Of a stretch of 64,000 nucleotides of DNA, positions 53,829 to 63,324 are shown in pieces. The DNA comes from an uncultured Actinomycetes bacterium (lineage in GTDB: Bacteria > Actinomycetota > Acidimicrobiia > IMCC26256 > PALSA-610). The stretch covers positions 147,287 through 211,286 of the forward strand of contig CAVXFO010000007.1 of NCBI GenBank assembly GCA_963761055.1, read 5' to 3'. The notes beneath the pieces were generated by a model. That model was not told the DNA's origin and made no database searches. It saw nothing but the letters and a program-made list of their open reading frames with translations. Numbering within the stretch: the first letter of the stretch is position 1; each line of letters begins with the position of its first letter. A program made the translations under genes and the position numbers.

Positions 53829-53927
53829 GAGCGCGCACGTTACCGAACCGCTGCGCCTGACACGCCGCGTCAGTTGGCGCGTACGATCGGGCACCCCGCC
53901 GGCCACGGCGAGCAAGCTGGAGACCAC

Positions 53928-56147
53928 GTGACCGACCTGCAAACTGCCGGCGAGCCCGAGGGGAGCGCCGCGTCGCTCGTGGCCGCGGTCCTCGACGAGG
54001 AAGCCGCCCGGCAAGCAGCGCAGGCCCGCGCCAAAGAACAGGTCATCTTCCCCGACGATCTGCTCCCGGGGGTCAACTCCGAGCCGGTCGGGTTCCGCAG
54101 CGCGTTCGCCAAGGGCGGGGCCTCGATGTTCGTCGTGCTCGGCCTGTTGGTGTCGCTCGACCAGCTCACGCTGAACGCGGTGCAGACGATCGAGCCCGAA
54201 CTGCGCCAGACGTTTCACATCAGCAACGGCTCGGTGGTGTTCATCGCCTCGGCGTCGAGCTTGTTCTACGCGTTGGGCGCGATCCCGATGGGCTGGCTCG
54301 CCGACCGGCGCAAGCGCGTCCCGATCGTCGCCGTCGCCACGCTCGTCGCCGCGTTCTTCACGTTCCTCTCGGGACTCGCCGGCAGCGCGTTCGTCCTCTT
54401 CTCCGCGCTGTGTCTCACCGGGGTCGCCAAGGCGAACAACCTGGCCGTGCATCAGCCGCTGCTCGCAGACAACTATCCGATCGGCATCCGGGCCCGCATG
54501 TCGGCGACGATGAACATCGGCCAGCAGGTACTCGGCAACCTGAGCCCGGTGATCGTCGGCGCGATCGCGACCTGGGCCGGCGGCGTCGAGGGCTGGCGGT
54601 GGGCGTTCTTCGTCCTCGGCATCCCGGGCGCGGCGCTCTCCTTCGTCGTGTACCGCCTCAAGGAACCGCCGCGCGGCCAGTACGAGAAGCAGGACGTGCT
54701 GGGTGAGGTCATCGAGGACGAGAACCCGGCCCAGCCATCGATGGAAGCCGCGTTCGCGCGGTTGAAGAAGGTCGCGACGATCCGCACGTCGATCGCGGCG
54801 TTCGCCGCACTGGGCTTCGGCGTGTTCGCGCTCGGCGCGCTCCAGGTGCTCTACCTGAACGACACGCTGCACGTCACGAACATCCTCCACCGTGGCTTCA
54901 TCCTCAGCCTCTCGGGCTGGACGGCTGTGCCGTTCCTCTACCCCGTCGGCCGCTATTTCGACCGGACGTATCGCAAGAACCCGTCGAAGGCACTCGTGCT
55001 CGTGGGCACGCTGATCCTGCCGTCGGCATTGTTCACACCGCTGCAGGTGTCGACCCACAGCGTCGTGTGGTTCGTGATCTGGGGCATCCCGCAGTCGGTG
55101 CTGACCGCGTGTGCTTTCGCCATGGTGACGCCAGTGCTGCAAGCCGTGTGTCCGTACCGGTTGCGCGGACTCGGTGTGGCGATGGGCGTCATGTACGTCG
55201 TGCTCATCGGCGGATTCGGCGGAAGCGTGCTCGCCGACTTCTTCACCAACGCGTTCGGCGTGCGCGACACCGTCTTCCTCCTCCTGGTTCCGACCAGCGT
55301 CGTCGGCGCCTTGCTCTTGATGAACGGCGCGCGTTTCATCCGTCACGATCTCTCGCTGGTCGTGGAGGAGTTACTCGAAGAACAAGAGGAGCAGCGAAAA
55401 CGAAACGTCGAAGGCGTCGAGACTCCTGTGCTCCAGGTCGCGAACATCGACTTCTCGTACGGGCCGGTCCAGGTGCTCTTCGACGTCAACTTCGAGATCT
55501 TCCGGGGCGAATGCGTCGCGCTGCTCGGCACCAACGGCGCCGGCAAGTCGACGATCCTGCGGATCATCAGCGGTCTCGAGGTTCCCGAACGCGGCGTGAC
55601 CCGCCTCAACGGCCGCAACATCACGTTCGTGGCGCCCGAGCAGCGGGTGCGCCACGGCATCGTGCAACTCCCGGGGGGAAAGGGAGTGTTCCCGAGCCTC
55701 ACAGTGATGCAGAACCTCGGCGTCGCGTCCCGCCTGCGGGGAGGAACGACCACCGAGATCGCCGACCGCATCGAAGAAGTGCTCGTCTTGTTCCCCGAGC
55801 TCACCGAGCGGCGCAAGCAACTCGCGCGCAGCCTCTCGGGTGGTCAGCAGCAGATGCTCGCGCTGGCACGAGTGCTCATGCAGGAGCCCGAGATCCTGTT
55901 GATCGACGAGCTGTCGCTCGGGCTGGCGCCCGTCGTCGTCCAGCGCATGCTCGAGTTGGTCGACCGGCTGAAGGCGCGGGGCCAGACGATGATCATCGTC
56001 GAACAGTCGCTGAACGTGGCGCTCGCGATCTCCGACCGGGCGCTCTTCCTCGAAAAGGGCGAGGTCAAGTTCGAAGGCAACGCCCAGGAGCTCATGGAAC
56101 GTGACGACCTCGCCCGGGCCGTCTTCTTCGGGACCGAGGGCGGTTGA
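53928..56147 (+). CDS. MFS transporter fused to a LivF-like ABC ATPase
   Basis: About 12 hydrophobic segments with MFS motif A (GWLADRRKR) and GWRWAFF; charged linker; then GTNGAGKST, LSGGQQQM, LLIDE, IVEQ in one continuous frame. Confidence 0.9.
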   Translation: MTDLQTAGEPEGSAASLVAAVLDEEAARQAAQARAKEQVIFPDDLLPGVNSEPVGFRSAFAKGGASMFVVLGLLVSLDQLTLNAVQTIEPELRQTFHISNGSVVFIASASSLFYALGAIPMGWLADRRKRVPIVAVATLVAAFFTFLSGLAGSAFVLFSALCLTGVAKANNLAVHQPLLADNYPIGIRARMSATMNIGQQVLGNLSPVIVGAIATWAGGVEGWRWAFFVLGIPGAALSFVVYRLKEPPRGQYEKQDVLGEVIEDENPAQPSMEAAFARLKKVATIRTSIAAFAALGFGVFALGALQVLYLNDTLHVTNILHRGFILSLSGWTAVPFLYPVGRYFDRTYRKNPSKALVLVGTLILPSALFTPLQVSTHSVVWFVIWGIPQSVLTACAFAMVTPVLQAVCPYRLRGLGVAMGVMYVVLIGGFGGSVLADFFTNAFGVRDTVFLLLVPTSVVGALLLMNGARFIRHDLSLVVEELLEEQEEQRKRNVEGVETPVLQVANIDFSYGPVQVLFDVNFEIFRGECVALLGTNGAGKSTILRIISGLEVPERGVTRLNGRNITFVAPEQRVRHGIVQLPGGKGVFPSLTVMQNLGVASRLRGGTTTEIADRIEEVLVLFPELTERRKQLARSLSGGQQQMLALARVLMQEPEILLIDELSLGLAPVVVQRMLELVDRLKARGQTMIIVEQSLNVALAISDRALFLEKGEVKFEGNAQELMERDDLARAVFFGTEGG

Positions 56148-59100
56148 TGCTCGCCTCGGTCTTCCAACCGCACATCTTCACCGCGAACCTCCTGTTCATC
56201 GGGCTCGTGCAGGGACTGATCGTGTCGGTGCTCGCGATGGGCATCGTTCTCGTGTACCGCTCGAGCCGGGTCATCAACTTCGCGGTCGCCGATCTCGGCG
56301 TTCCCGCGGCGGCGTTGCTCGCGGTAATGGTCGCCAAGTCGAACTTCCCGTACTGGCCCGCGCTCGTCCTCGCGCTGCTGGCCACGACCATCGGCGGGGC
56401 TGTCATCGAGATGTTCGTGATCCGGCGCCTGTTCAAGGCCCCGCGGGTCATCGTTCTGGTCGCCACCATCGGCGTCGCCGAGCTCATGCGGGCGATCGTG
56501 CTCCAGCTCCCCGACTATCGCACCGGCAAGTTCCAGACGGCCTACCCGAGCCCGATCAACAGCCAGTGGCACATCGGTTCGCTGATCAACCTGCGGGTGT
56601 CGAAGCTCCACATCCAGATCACGAACGTGACGATCACCGGGCCCCAACTCCTGGTGCTCATCGTCGTCCCGCTGATCACCTTGTTCCTATGGTGGCTGCT
56701 CGGGCACACCTCGTTCGGCGAGATGGTGCGGGCTTCGGCAACCAACTCCGACCTGGCCCGCCTCACCGGTATCAGCCCGAAGCTGATGTCGACCGCCATC
56801 TGGACGATCGGTGGGTTCCTTTCGGGGGTCGCGCTCATCCTGTACGCGACCCAGCAGGGTTCCGCCGAGCTCGTCCTGATCGGACCGGAGACGTTGTTGC
56901 TCGGCCTGACCGCCGCCCTGATCGGCGGCATGACCTCGTTCCCGCGCACTGTCGCGGGTGCGATCGTCGTCGGCCTCACATATCAGGTGCTGACGTACAA
57001 CTTCCCGAACACGCCCGGCATCGTGCAGTTCGTGTTGTTCGGTCTGGTGCTCGCGCTCGTCGCCCGGATGAGCCGGGCCGAGGCCGCCGCCGGCAACGAG
57101 AGCTTCGCGTTCGCACCTCGGGTTCCCCCCGTGCCGGAGCGGCTGCGACAGGTGTGGTGGGTCCGGCACATGCCAACCGTGGTCGCCGGCCTCGCGGTCG
57201 CGGTCGCGATCGCGGTGCCCCTGTTCGTCCGCCAATCCCAGCACCATCAGGCGTACACGATCGTCGTCGCGACCGCGATCATCGCGGTGTCGGTAATCGT
57301 GCTCACCGGTTGGGCCGGACAGCTGTCGCTCGGTCAGGCCGCCTTCGCGGGACTGGGCGCGCTCAGCGCCGCCGCGTTCGTCCGCGGCGTCACGCTCAAC
57401 ATCGGCTGGCGCTCGCGCTTTCGTATCGCCGACGGATCGATCCGCCCGATCCCGATGGCCTTCGCATTGGTATTGGTGGTCATCGCCGCGTCGGCGATCG
57501 GGTTTGCCCTCATGCGGCACAAGCGCGCGCGACAACGCGTCCTCGCGGTCGGTCTCACCGTCGTCGCGATCGCGGCGGGTGCCGCGGTGCTGCCCGGCAC
57601 CATCGACCGCTCCGACACGTTGCACCGGATCCCGTTCGTACTCGCGGTGTTCCTCGGCGCGGGCGTGTCGTGCCTGGTCGCCGTCGCCGTCGGCATCGGC
57701 GCGCTGCGGGTGAAAGGCCTCCTTCTCGCCATCAGCACGATGGCATTCGCGATCGCCGCCGAGCAGTACATCTTCCCGAGGCCGATCCTCGTCGGTGCCG
57801 AAGGCTCGCTCAACGCCGAGCTCGACCGGGGCAAGCTCGGTCCGATCGACCTGACGCTGCACAACCGGGCCTTCTATTTCTTCACCCTCGCGTGCCTCGT
57901 GCTGGTGCTGTTCCTCGTCGGCCACCTCCGGCGCACCGGCATCGGCCGCACGATCATCGGCGTACGGGAGAACGAGCCCGGCGCGTCGGCATTCACCGTC
58001 TCACCGACCCGCGCCAAGCTCACCGCGTTCGCAGTCGCCGGATTCGTCGCCGGGCTCGGAGGCGCGTTACTCGGCGGTTCCGTCGTCATCATCAGCTACG
58101 GGGAACGTTTCTTCCGGGTCGAGGACTCCTTGTCGGTCGTCGCGATGGCTGTGATCGGCGGCCTCGGCAGCCTGGCCGGCGCAGTGACCGGTGCGCTGTG
58201 GGTCGTGGGCCTGCCGCTCTTTTGGCCGAAGAACCAGACCGTGCAGCTCTTCACGTCGAGCATCGGGCTCCTCATCGTGCTGCTCTATATCCCCGGTGGT
58301 TTCACCCAACTCGGTTACGCGCTCCGAGGATGGATCCTGCGCTGGCTCGAACGCCGACTGCCCGAGCGGGCCACGAAGACGACGACGGTGCCGCCGGTCT
58401 CCCTGACACGGATCACCAGTGTCCCGATCGTCACCAACCCCGACGGCAGCGTCGTCGCAACCAGCGCACTCACGGTCGCGTTCGGCGGTGTCGTCGCGGT
58501 GAACTCGGTCGACTTCCACGCGAATGCCGGCGAGGTCATCGGCCTGATCGGGACGAACGGTGCCGGTAAGTCGACGCTGCTCAACACGATCGGCGGGTAC
58601 GTGTCGAGCAAGGGCACGGTGCAGCTCCTCGGCGACGACGTCTCGCATCTGTCTCCGCACGTGCGGGCCCGCGCCGGCCTCGGCCGCACTTTCCAGGCGG
58701 CGACACTCTTCCCCGAGCTCACGGTGCGCGAGACGGTGCAACTGGCGCTCGAAGCGCGCGGCCGCACGTCGTTCTGGGGTTCGCTGTTGTTCTATCCCCC
58801 GTCGATCGCGAAAGAGCGCAAGAAGCGGTCCGAGGCCGCCGAGCTCATCGATTTCCTTGGACTGGGCCGCTACGCCGACCGGTTCATCGCCGAGCTGTCT
58901 ACCGGGACCCGCCGAATCGTCGAGCTCGCCTCGGTGCTGGCGGTCCAGCCTCGGGTCGTGTGCCTCGACGAGCCGACCGCGGGAGTCGCCCAACGGGAAG
59001 CCGAGGCGTTCGGACCACTCATCAAGCGCTTGCAACGCGAGCTCGACGCGACGCTCATCGTCGTCGAGCACGACCTGCCACTCATCCTGTCGATCAGCGA

Positions 59101-59254
59101 CCGTATCTACTGTCTCGAAGCCGGTGCAGTGATCGCCGAAGGCAGGCCGGAGGAAGTCCGTTCCAATCCGTTGGTCATCTCGTCGTATCTGGGCACCGAC
59201 GACCGGGCGATCCAACGGTCGAACTCGACCGCCGCAGACCCCGCCGCGGTCTGA
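56147..59254 (+). CDS. Fused branched-chain-type ABC transporter, LivH-LivM-LivG-like
   Basis: RSSRVINFA, RASATNSDLARLTGI; GWAGQLSLGQAAF, GVRENE, AVIGGLGS; GTNGAGKST, LSTGTRR, CLDEPTAG, VVEHD. Confidence 0.92.
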   Translation: MLASVFQPHIFTANLLFIGLVQGLIVSVLAMGIVLVYRSSRVINFAVADLGVPAAALLAVMVAKSNFPYWPALVLALLATTIGGAVIEMFVIRRLFKAPRVIVLVATIGVAELMRAIVLQLPDYRTGKFQTAYPSPINSQWHIGSLINLRVSKLHIQITNVTITGPQLLVLIVVPLITLFLWWLLGHTSFGEMVRASATNSDLARLTGISPKLMSTAIWTIGGFLSGVALILYATQQGSAELVLIGPETLLLGLTAALIGGMTSFPRTVAGAIVVGLTYQVLTYNFPNTPGIVQFVLFGLVLALVARMSRAEAAAGNESFAFAPRVPPVPERLRQVWWVRHMPTVVAGLAVAVAIAVPLFVRQSQHHQAYTIVVATAIIAVSVIVLTGWAGQLSLGQAAFAGLGALSAAAFVRGVTLNIGWRSRFRIADGSIRPIPMAFALVLVVIAASAIGFALMRHKRARQRVLAVGLTVVAIAAGAAVLPGTIDRSDTLHRIPFVLAVFLGAGVSCLVAVAVGIGALRVKGLLLAISTMAFAIAAEQYIFPRPILVGAEGSLNAELDRGKLGPIDLTLHNRAFYFFTLACLVLVLFLVGHLRRTGIGRTIIGVRENEPGASAFTVSPTRAKLTAFAVAGFVAGLGGALLGGSVVIISYGERFFRVEDSLSVVAMAVIGGLGSLAGAVTGALWVVGLPLFWPKNQTVQLFTSSIGLLIVLLYIPGGFTQLGYALRGWILRWLERRLPERATKTTTVPPVSLTRITSVPIVTNPDGSVVATSALTVAFGGVVAVNSVDFHANAGEVIGLIGTNGAGKSTLLNTIGGYVSSKGTVQLLGDDVSHLSPHVRARAGLGRTFQAATLFPELTVRETVQLALEARGRTSFWGSLLFYPPSIAKERKKRSEAAELIDFLGLGRYADRFIAELSTGTRRIVELASVLAVQPRVVCLDEPTAGVAQREAEAFGPLIKRLQRELDATLIVVEHDLPLILSISDRIYCLEAGAVIAEGRPEEVRSNPLVISSYLGTDDRAIQRSNSTAADPAAV

Positions 59255-59260
59255 CCGAGC

Positions 59261-59548
59261 ATGCAGTTCAGCCGCGAACTGCGCCCCGGCGTGGCTTCCG
59301 GGAAGATCACGCTGTCTTTCCGACTGTGGACGCGCCCGCAGGTGAAGATCGGCGGGCAGTACTCGACCGCGGGCGTCAAGATCGAGATCGATTCCATGGA
59401 GATCGTTCCTTTCGGCAGCGTCACCGCGGCCGACGTACGCCGTGCCGGCGAACACGACCGCGAAACGCTGCGCAACCGAACCGCACATGCCGGCCCCGTC
59501 GACGACGACACGCTCGTCTATCGGATCGAATTCCACGCGATCGCGTAG
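59261..59548 (+). CDS. ASCH/PUA-like small protein
   Basis: MQFSRELRPGVASGKITLSFRLWTRPQVKIGG...VYRIEF. Confidence 0.7.
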   Translation: MQFSRELRPGVASGKITLSFRLWTRPQVKIGGQYSTAGVKIEIDSMEIVPFGSVTAADVRRAGEHDRETLRNRTAHAGPVDDDTLVYRIEFHAIA

Positions 59549-59553
59549 CTCGG

Positions 59554-60712
59554 TCATGGCGAACGTCCGGGTGGTGGGCGGAGTGTGCGTTTGCGGGTCT
59601 CGGGGTCGGGTGGCCCGAGGAGCCAGCCGCTCGTCTTGAGCCGGTGGTGGCGGTAACAGAGCCAGCACAGATTCTTGTACGACGTCGGGCCGCCCTTGGC
59701 ATGGTCGTGCACGTGATCGCGTTCCAGGTAACCGCGGTGGTTGCACCCTTCGGCGTCGCACTCGCGACCCCCGACGAGCAACGCGGTCATGAGCTCGGCC
59801 GGGATGTGCCGGCCGAGGTGCGCAACGGTGACGATGTCCTTGCCCTTCGTGATCACAGCGGTGAGGAACGCGGAACCGAGCTGCTCTCGCACCCAATTCA
59901 CGTCGACCGGGCCGACTCCGGGGATCTCGCACACCTCACCCGGCACCAGCTCACCGCTACGCAACGTCTCGTGACCGACCATGACATGCACGGTCACATT
60001 CGTCGCACGCGGTGAAGACTTCGATGCATCGTCGGTGCGGTCGAGAATGAACCCGGCGACCGCATCCGAGGCGTACGCGTCGTTCGACTCGTGCTCCGTC
60101 CCCGCCTTGTGCTCACGGAAGATCCGCTGGGCCTGCTGCTCGATCACCGTTTTCAGCTGCGCGCCGATCTCCGGCGAATACCGAAAGTGCCCCGCCCACA
60201 TCCCGTCGCGATCCGTCCACCACCGAAACGAACGATCCCGAAGGTGACGCTCACGCCGCTGCTTCGAGTCCTCGACCGCGGCCCGCGCCGCCACACACGC
60301 GTCGCGCAACGCCACCAGCCCCAACTTGGCCGCACCCAACAGGTCTTGTTCCGCGGCCGGGTTGATCGTCGCCGCGTCGGCGATCAAGCTCGCCTCCTTC
60401 GCCGACAAACGCCCGGCCCGCACCGCCGCTTCAGTGGCCGGCAACTCGTCGAGCTTCTTCGCAGTCTCGACCGCAGTCCGGACCTCGCCCGTACCGACCC
60501 CGAGCGAACGACCCACCGCCGCGCACCCGTTGTCGGCACTCGTCTCCGCGACTCTCCTCGCGGGCGCGCCCGATCATCCCGTCGACCACCCGCCGGATCG
60601 CACCCAACTGATCGACCACTCGAGTCGCCGCTTCCGGCGTCAACGCGGCCGCGTCGAACTCGAGAGCGACCGAGTTCAACGTACTGCGAGCCGTATCGAG
60701 CGAGGCGCACAT
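59554..60712 (-). CDS. DUF222-type HNH endonuclease domain protein (frameshift near 60550)
   Basis: LPATEAAVRAGRLS, CEIPGVGPV, RHIP, ECDAEGC...LERDHV...GGPTSYKNLCWLCYRHHRLKT. Confidence 0.88.
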
Positions 60713-60742
60713 ATGTTCGTATCGTAACGACGGGGTGTGACA
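60706..60742 (-). promoter_or_regulatory. DNA-damage promoter: PafBC/RecA-NDp-like motif plus LexA-box-like site
   Basis: Minus strand TGTCAC-N10-TACGAT, then CGAACATATGTGCG overlapping the ATG. Confidence 0.65.
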
Positions 60743-60760
60743 ACAACGATCCGCGCAACC

Positions 60761-61255
60761 TCAGCCGAAGGACATGCGGTACATGTCGGCGAGAAAGCCA
60801 TCGTCCACGATCGCCTGCTTCCAGAAATCGAAGCCGAGTTTGCCCGCCACGTTGCTCGACGGCGCGTTCGTCGGGTCGATCATGGCGAGCAGCTCCCCGC
60901 CAAATGTCTGCGCCATCAGAGCGAGGACCGCGTGCCCGGCCTCGGTCGCATATCCCCTGCCGCGAGCGTGCGGAACGAGCCGGTAGCCGAACTCGAGCCG
61001 ACGCTCTCCTTCGAAGTCGAACCATGCGACACCGCAGTAGCCCACGGTCAGTCCCGACGACAGCTCGACCACCGGCTGTTTCCCGTACGGGACCTCGAGA
61101 CAGGTGGCGAGCATTCCGTCGAAGCGCGCCCCGGCGGACTCGAGCGTGCAGACGCCGTCCGAGAACACCATGAACTCCGGATCGCGGAAGAACTCCACGA
61201 ACCGCGCCCGATCACTCTCGGCCGGTGGACGGATCTCGAGTCGCTCGGTCAGCAT
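60761..61255 (-). CDS. GNAT acetyltransferase (RimJ/RimL-like)
   Basis: LTERLEIRP, EFGYRL, RGRGYATEA, NAPSSNVAGKLGF. Confidence 0.92.
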   Translation of the reverse strand: MLTERLEIRPPAESDRARFVEFFRDPEFMVFSDGVCTLESAGARFDGMLATCLEVPYGKQPVVELSSGLTVGYCGVAWFDFEGERRLEFGYRLVPHARGRGYATEAGHAVLALMAQTFGGELLAMIDPTNAPSSNVAGKLGFDFWKQAIVDDGFLADMYRMSFG

Positions 61256-61265
61256 CGGCGTCGCC

Positions 61266-62135
61266 TCACGAACTCTGCGCGACGAACTCGAGCCGACCCG
61301 GTGTCCCGTCGGGCAACGACCGCTCCGCGTAGGCCGCAGTCAGCGCGACTCCAAGCGAGCGGCACGATGCGACGGCATCCACCGGGATGTTCGCGGTGAC
61401 AATGCCGAAGCCCGTGCCCGGGGTCGTCGCCTCGCCGAGATCACCGTCGTCACGAACGCTCGGGTCGGCTCGCGACTCCACCATGATGTCGCCGCACCAC
61501 AGGCTCGTGGCATCGACGCGTTGGAGAAGCTCGGCGAACGCCCATGCTCGCTGAGACGGCTCGGAGTAGCCGTACCAGTAGATCATTCCGCCTCCGCCAT
61601 TCGCGACTGCAGCGGCAAGATCAACCGCGCAGACGCCTTCGGGATCGCTCTGCCACGGGTCGTACGGGTCGACGTGCGCGATCAGGTCACTCGCGTCATC
61701 GCTGTCGGCCAGCTCGGCGTACAGCGCGCGATTGCCGTCGGAGGGCACGATTCGTGCGTCGACACCGAGACGCGAGGACCATTCGACGAGATCTGCGCAG
61801 CTGCCCGCGTCCTTGTCACACAGGATGTACGAGCACTCGTCTCCGAGCTGGAGCATCGCGAGCAGCGACGAACCGGGATACGTCTTGATCGTCCCTTGCG
61901 GATTCAGCTCGTGCAGATGGCGGAGATAGTGCGACGACGCGAGCTGCGGCACGCCCGGCGCGAGCTCGACGAAACTCAACGCGCCGTAGTGTTGCTCCGC
62001 GTCGGACGAGACTGTGTAGGCGGCGCTCCCGGCGTGACTCTCCCAATACCGCCGGGGTCGTGTGGTCGCCAGGATCTCCGTCAGAGGCAGGTGCTTCCAG
62101 ACATCGGCCAACTTCGCGTAGTGACGGTTAGCCAC
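61266..62135 (-). CDS. RlmJ-like SAM-dependent methyltransferase (divergent)
   Basis: HYAKLADVWKH, YWESHAGSAAY, YPGSSLLA, DG, HVDPY, MIYWYG parallel the order of RlmJ motifs. Confidence 0.6.
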   Translation of the reverse strand: MANRHYAKLADVWKHLPLTEILATTRPRRYWESHAGSAAYTVSSDAEQHYGALSFVELAPGVPQLASSHYLRHLHELNPQGTIKTYPGSSLLAMLQLGDECSYILCDKDAGSCADLVEWSSRLGVDARIVPSDGNRALYAELADSDDASDLIAHVDPYDPWQSDPEGVCAVDLAAAVANGGGGMIYWYGYSEPSQRAWAFAELLQRVDATSLWCGDIMVESRADPSVRDDGDLGEATTPGTGFGIVTANIPVDAVASCRSLGVALTAAYAERSLPDGTPGRLEFVAQSS

Positions 62136-62202
62136 GGTTCACACCGGCAACGCGGATCTCACAACGCTACGAGTCGCGGGAGACCGCCGCCCGCGAAATA
62201 TC

Positions 62203-63057
62203 TCAGGCTTGCGGACTGCCGAGAATCGGCGCGATCAGCTCGAGGGCCGGACTCGCTACGGCACGGTTGCCGTGAGTGGTGATACACGCCCGCGCCTCGT
62301 CGTACGAGACGCCACGCGAGAGCATCGCGACGGCTCGGTCGGGCGCGATCGTGACACGCGCGTCGGGGTCTGGCGGCTCGCCGTCGAGCACCGACCAGTG
62401 GCTCGATTCGCGCCGCCACGTCCAGGTGCCCGCCGCGCCGAACTCGATCGCGATCGTCGAGCCCGGCGTCGGTTCATAGTCGCGTAACCAGCGAGCGAGC
62501 GCATGCACCACGACTTGGGCCGCAGTGCGAACCATGTCGCCGTCGAGATCGGCAGCACCCACCGCGCGTCGGATCTGCGACTGATGGACGAATCGCTCGA
62601 TGTACTCGCGCGCGATCACCTGCCAATACGGCGACGGGCCGTCGGCAGCGAAGAATCCAACCGGCTCCCGTGAGACGGTTTCGAGGCCGACGTTGCAATA
62701 GAACTCGTCGCTCCACTCGCCGGCCAGACGGAGCAACTCGATCACCAAGGCAGTGCTGCAGAACTGTGCCGCCGTGACCCACTCCTCGTTGAAGCCGTCG
62801 AGGAGCTCCCGGAACGTCGCGCCCGGATGACGCACTGCGAACAACGTCAGGCTGTCGGTCGAGGCGTCGCGTTGGCGCGTCAGCAGCGACAGATCGTCGC
62901 CGAGAACGTGTAGCGCGACGCCCTTGACATCCCACGCCGGACACTCGGTCGGCAGTTCCCAGTCGGACGGAGTGAGCCCTCCGAGGAGGTCGAGAAAGAG
63001 GGAACGCTCCGGACCGAGCCGCGCGGTGACGTCGAGGATCGGGATGTCGGGACCCAT
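62203..63057 (-). CDS. Maleylpyruvate isomerase N-terminal (DinB superfamily) protein
   Basis: DWELPTECPAWDVKGVALH, REYIERFVHQSQIRRAVG; SCP2-like C-terminus. Confidence 0.88.
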   Translation of the reverse strand: MGPDIPILDVTARLGPERSLFLDLLGGLTPSDWELPTECPAWDVKGVALHVLGDDLSLLTRQRDASTDSLTLFAVRHPGATFRELLDGFNEEWVTAAQFCSTALVIELLRLAGEWSDEFYCNVGLETVSREPVGFFAADGPSPYWQVIAREYIERFVHQSQIRRAVGAADLDGDMVRTAAQVVVHALARWLRDYEPTPGSTIAIEFGAAGTWTWRRESSHWSVLDGEPPDPDARVTIAPDRAVAMLSRGVSYDEARACITTHGNRAVASPALELIAPILGSPQA

Positions 63058-63324
63058 GCGTCGAAGCTATACGCCCTCCAGGAAGCGGGCGATGGGTTGC
63101 TCGGCGCTCGCGATGAGTTCGTGGGCCGCCGCCGTCTTCGTCTACGAGGTCAATCCGCGCCGCGACCGCAGTCGGTACCGCCGAAGCGACCCAGGGTTCG
63201 ACGCGTTGGCGGTTCTGAAATCAGAGCGATGGGCGCCGCGCGCGCAGCACGTCATTTCGAGCGGCCGTCGGCGGCGGTTATGGGGCGGGCGTAGCGCGGC
63301 AGTCGGTGCGCTTGGACAGAGCGC

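Noticed and set aside
991-60712. Many frameshifted genes read as mass pseudogenisation or programmed frameshifting
   Set aside because: The shifts are single-base, occur in both directions, lie in GC-rich runs with no shared slippery motif, and the genes otherwise keep intact motifs; this fits long-read consensus error
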